Assembly: GCA_016748015.1 (NCBI GenBank)
Contig: JAAOMT010000009.1
Coordinates: forward strand, 2,216,200-2,280,199
Length of the DNA: 64,000 nucleotides
Direction of reading: 5' to 3'
Source: Geosiphon pyriformis uo1
Taxonomy: Eukaryota; Fungi; Glomeromycota
A program made the position numbers and the translations under genes. Numbering within the stretch: the stretch's first letter is position 1; the number at the start of each line of letters is the position of its first letter. The notes under the pieces are model-generated. The model was not told where the DNA came from and did not search any database. It saw only the letters and a program-made list of their open reading frames with translations. Below, piece after piece: positions 63,671-64,000 of the stretch.

Positions 63671-64000
63671 TGTTATCTGAGTAGAAAAAACCATAAAGCT
63701 ATGAGAAAACATGACAAAGAAACATAACAAAAAAAATGTGGTACAACTTAAGATAACATAAGACAAACACAAACAATAGCTAGCAATAACAAGTAATAGC
63801 TAGCAATAACAAGCAATAGCTAGCAATAATGAGCAATAGCTAACAATAACAAAACAATAGCTAGCAATAGTGAAGCAATTGAAAGCAATCCTGTAAAACC
63901 AAAAGAATATATAAAAACAAGTAATTGTAGAAGTTAAAAAGACAGTTAATTAGCAATCAATTTTACTTTGTATTATACTTATCATATATTCATAATCAGA
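63671..64000 (+). mobile_element. Probable start of another LTR, with a 20-bp tandem repeat (AAGCAATAGCTAGCAATAAC x ~5, 63771-63870)
   Basis: TGTTATC start interrupting an integrase; the tandem array is directly visible. Confidence 0.55.

Noticed and set aside
63771-63870. 20-bp repeat array (and the 12-bp array near 8450) as CRISPR-like
   Set aside because: These are head-to-tail repeats without spacers, in a eukaryotic LTR context.

Overview
AT-rich, intron-dense eukaryotic (fungal) DNA. Gene style and the Ty3/gypsy family suggest Glomeromycotina (Geosiphon-like); this is my inference and was not tested. The window has three blocks. (1) 1-14.3 kb is a nest of Ty3/gypsy LTR retrotransposons. 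The youngest copy (1-7413, minus strand, broken by assembly gaps) encodes gag-CCHC, protease, an unexplained Cys-rich domain, a full dUTPase, RNase H, and an integrase in its own ORF. (2) 14.3-48.5 kb is a compact gene island: a spermidine-synthase/kinase pseudogene chimera, SEC8, EMC10, ALG5, glucosidase I (CWH41/MOGS), a Pcl-like cyclin, a Saw1/SLX4IP-like gene, an Arb2/FAM172 gene, NRAMP, TAF10 and EAF1. (3) 48.6-64 kb is a second, heavily C-to-T/G-to-A eroded nest of LTR elements with readable 4-bp TSDs. Non-coding signals not shown by the ORF track include two U12-type introns in glucosidase I, an H/ACA snoRNA in a GC-AG intron of TAF10, a ~440-nt structured segment in an oversized SEC8 intron, clustered ATCTGATAW iron-GATA boxes upstream of NRAMP, and a MITE-like inverted repeat. 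All exon boundaries and pairings were read by eye.
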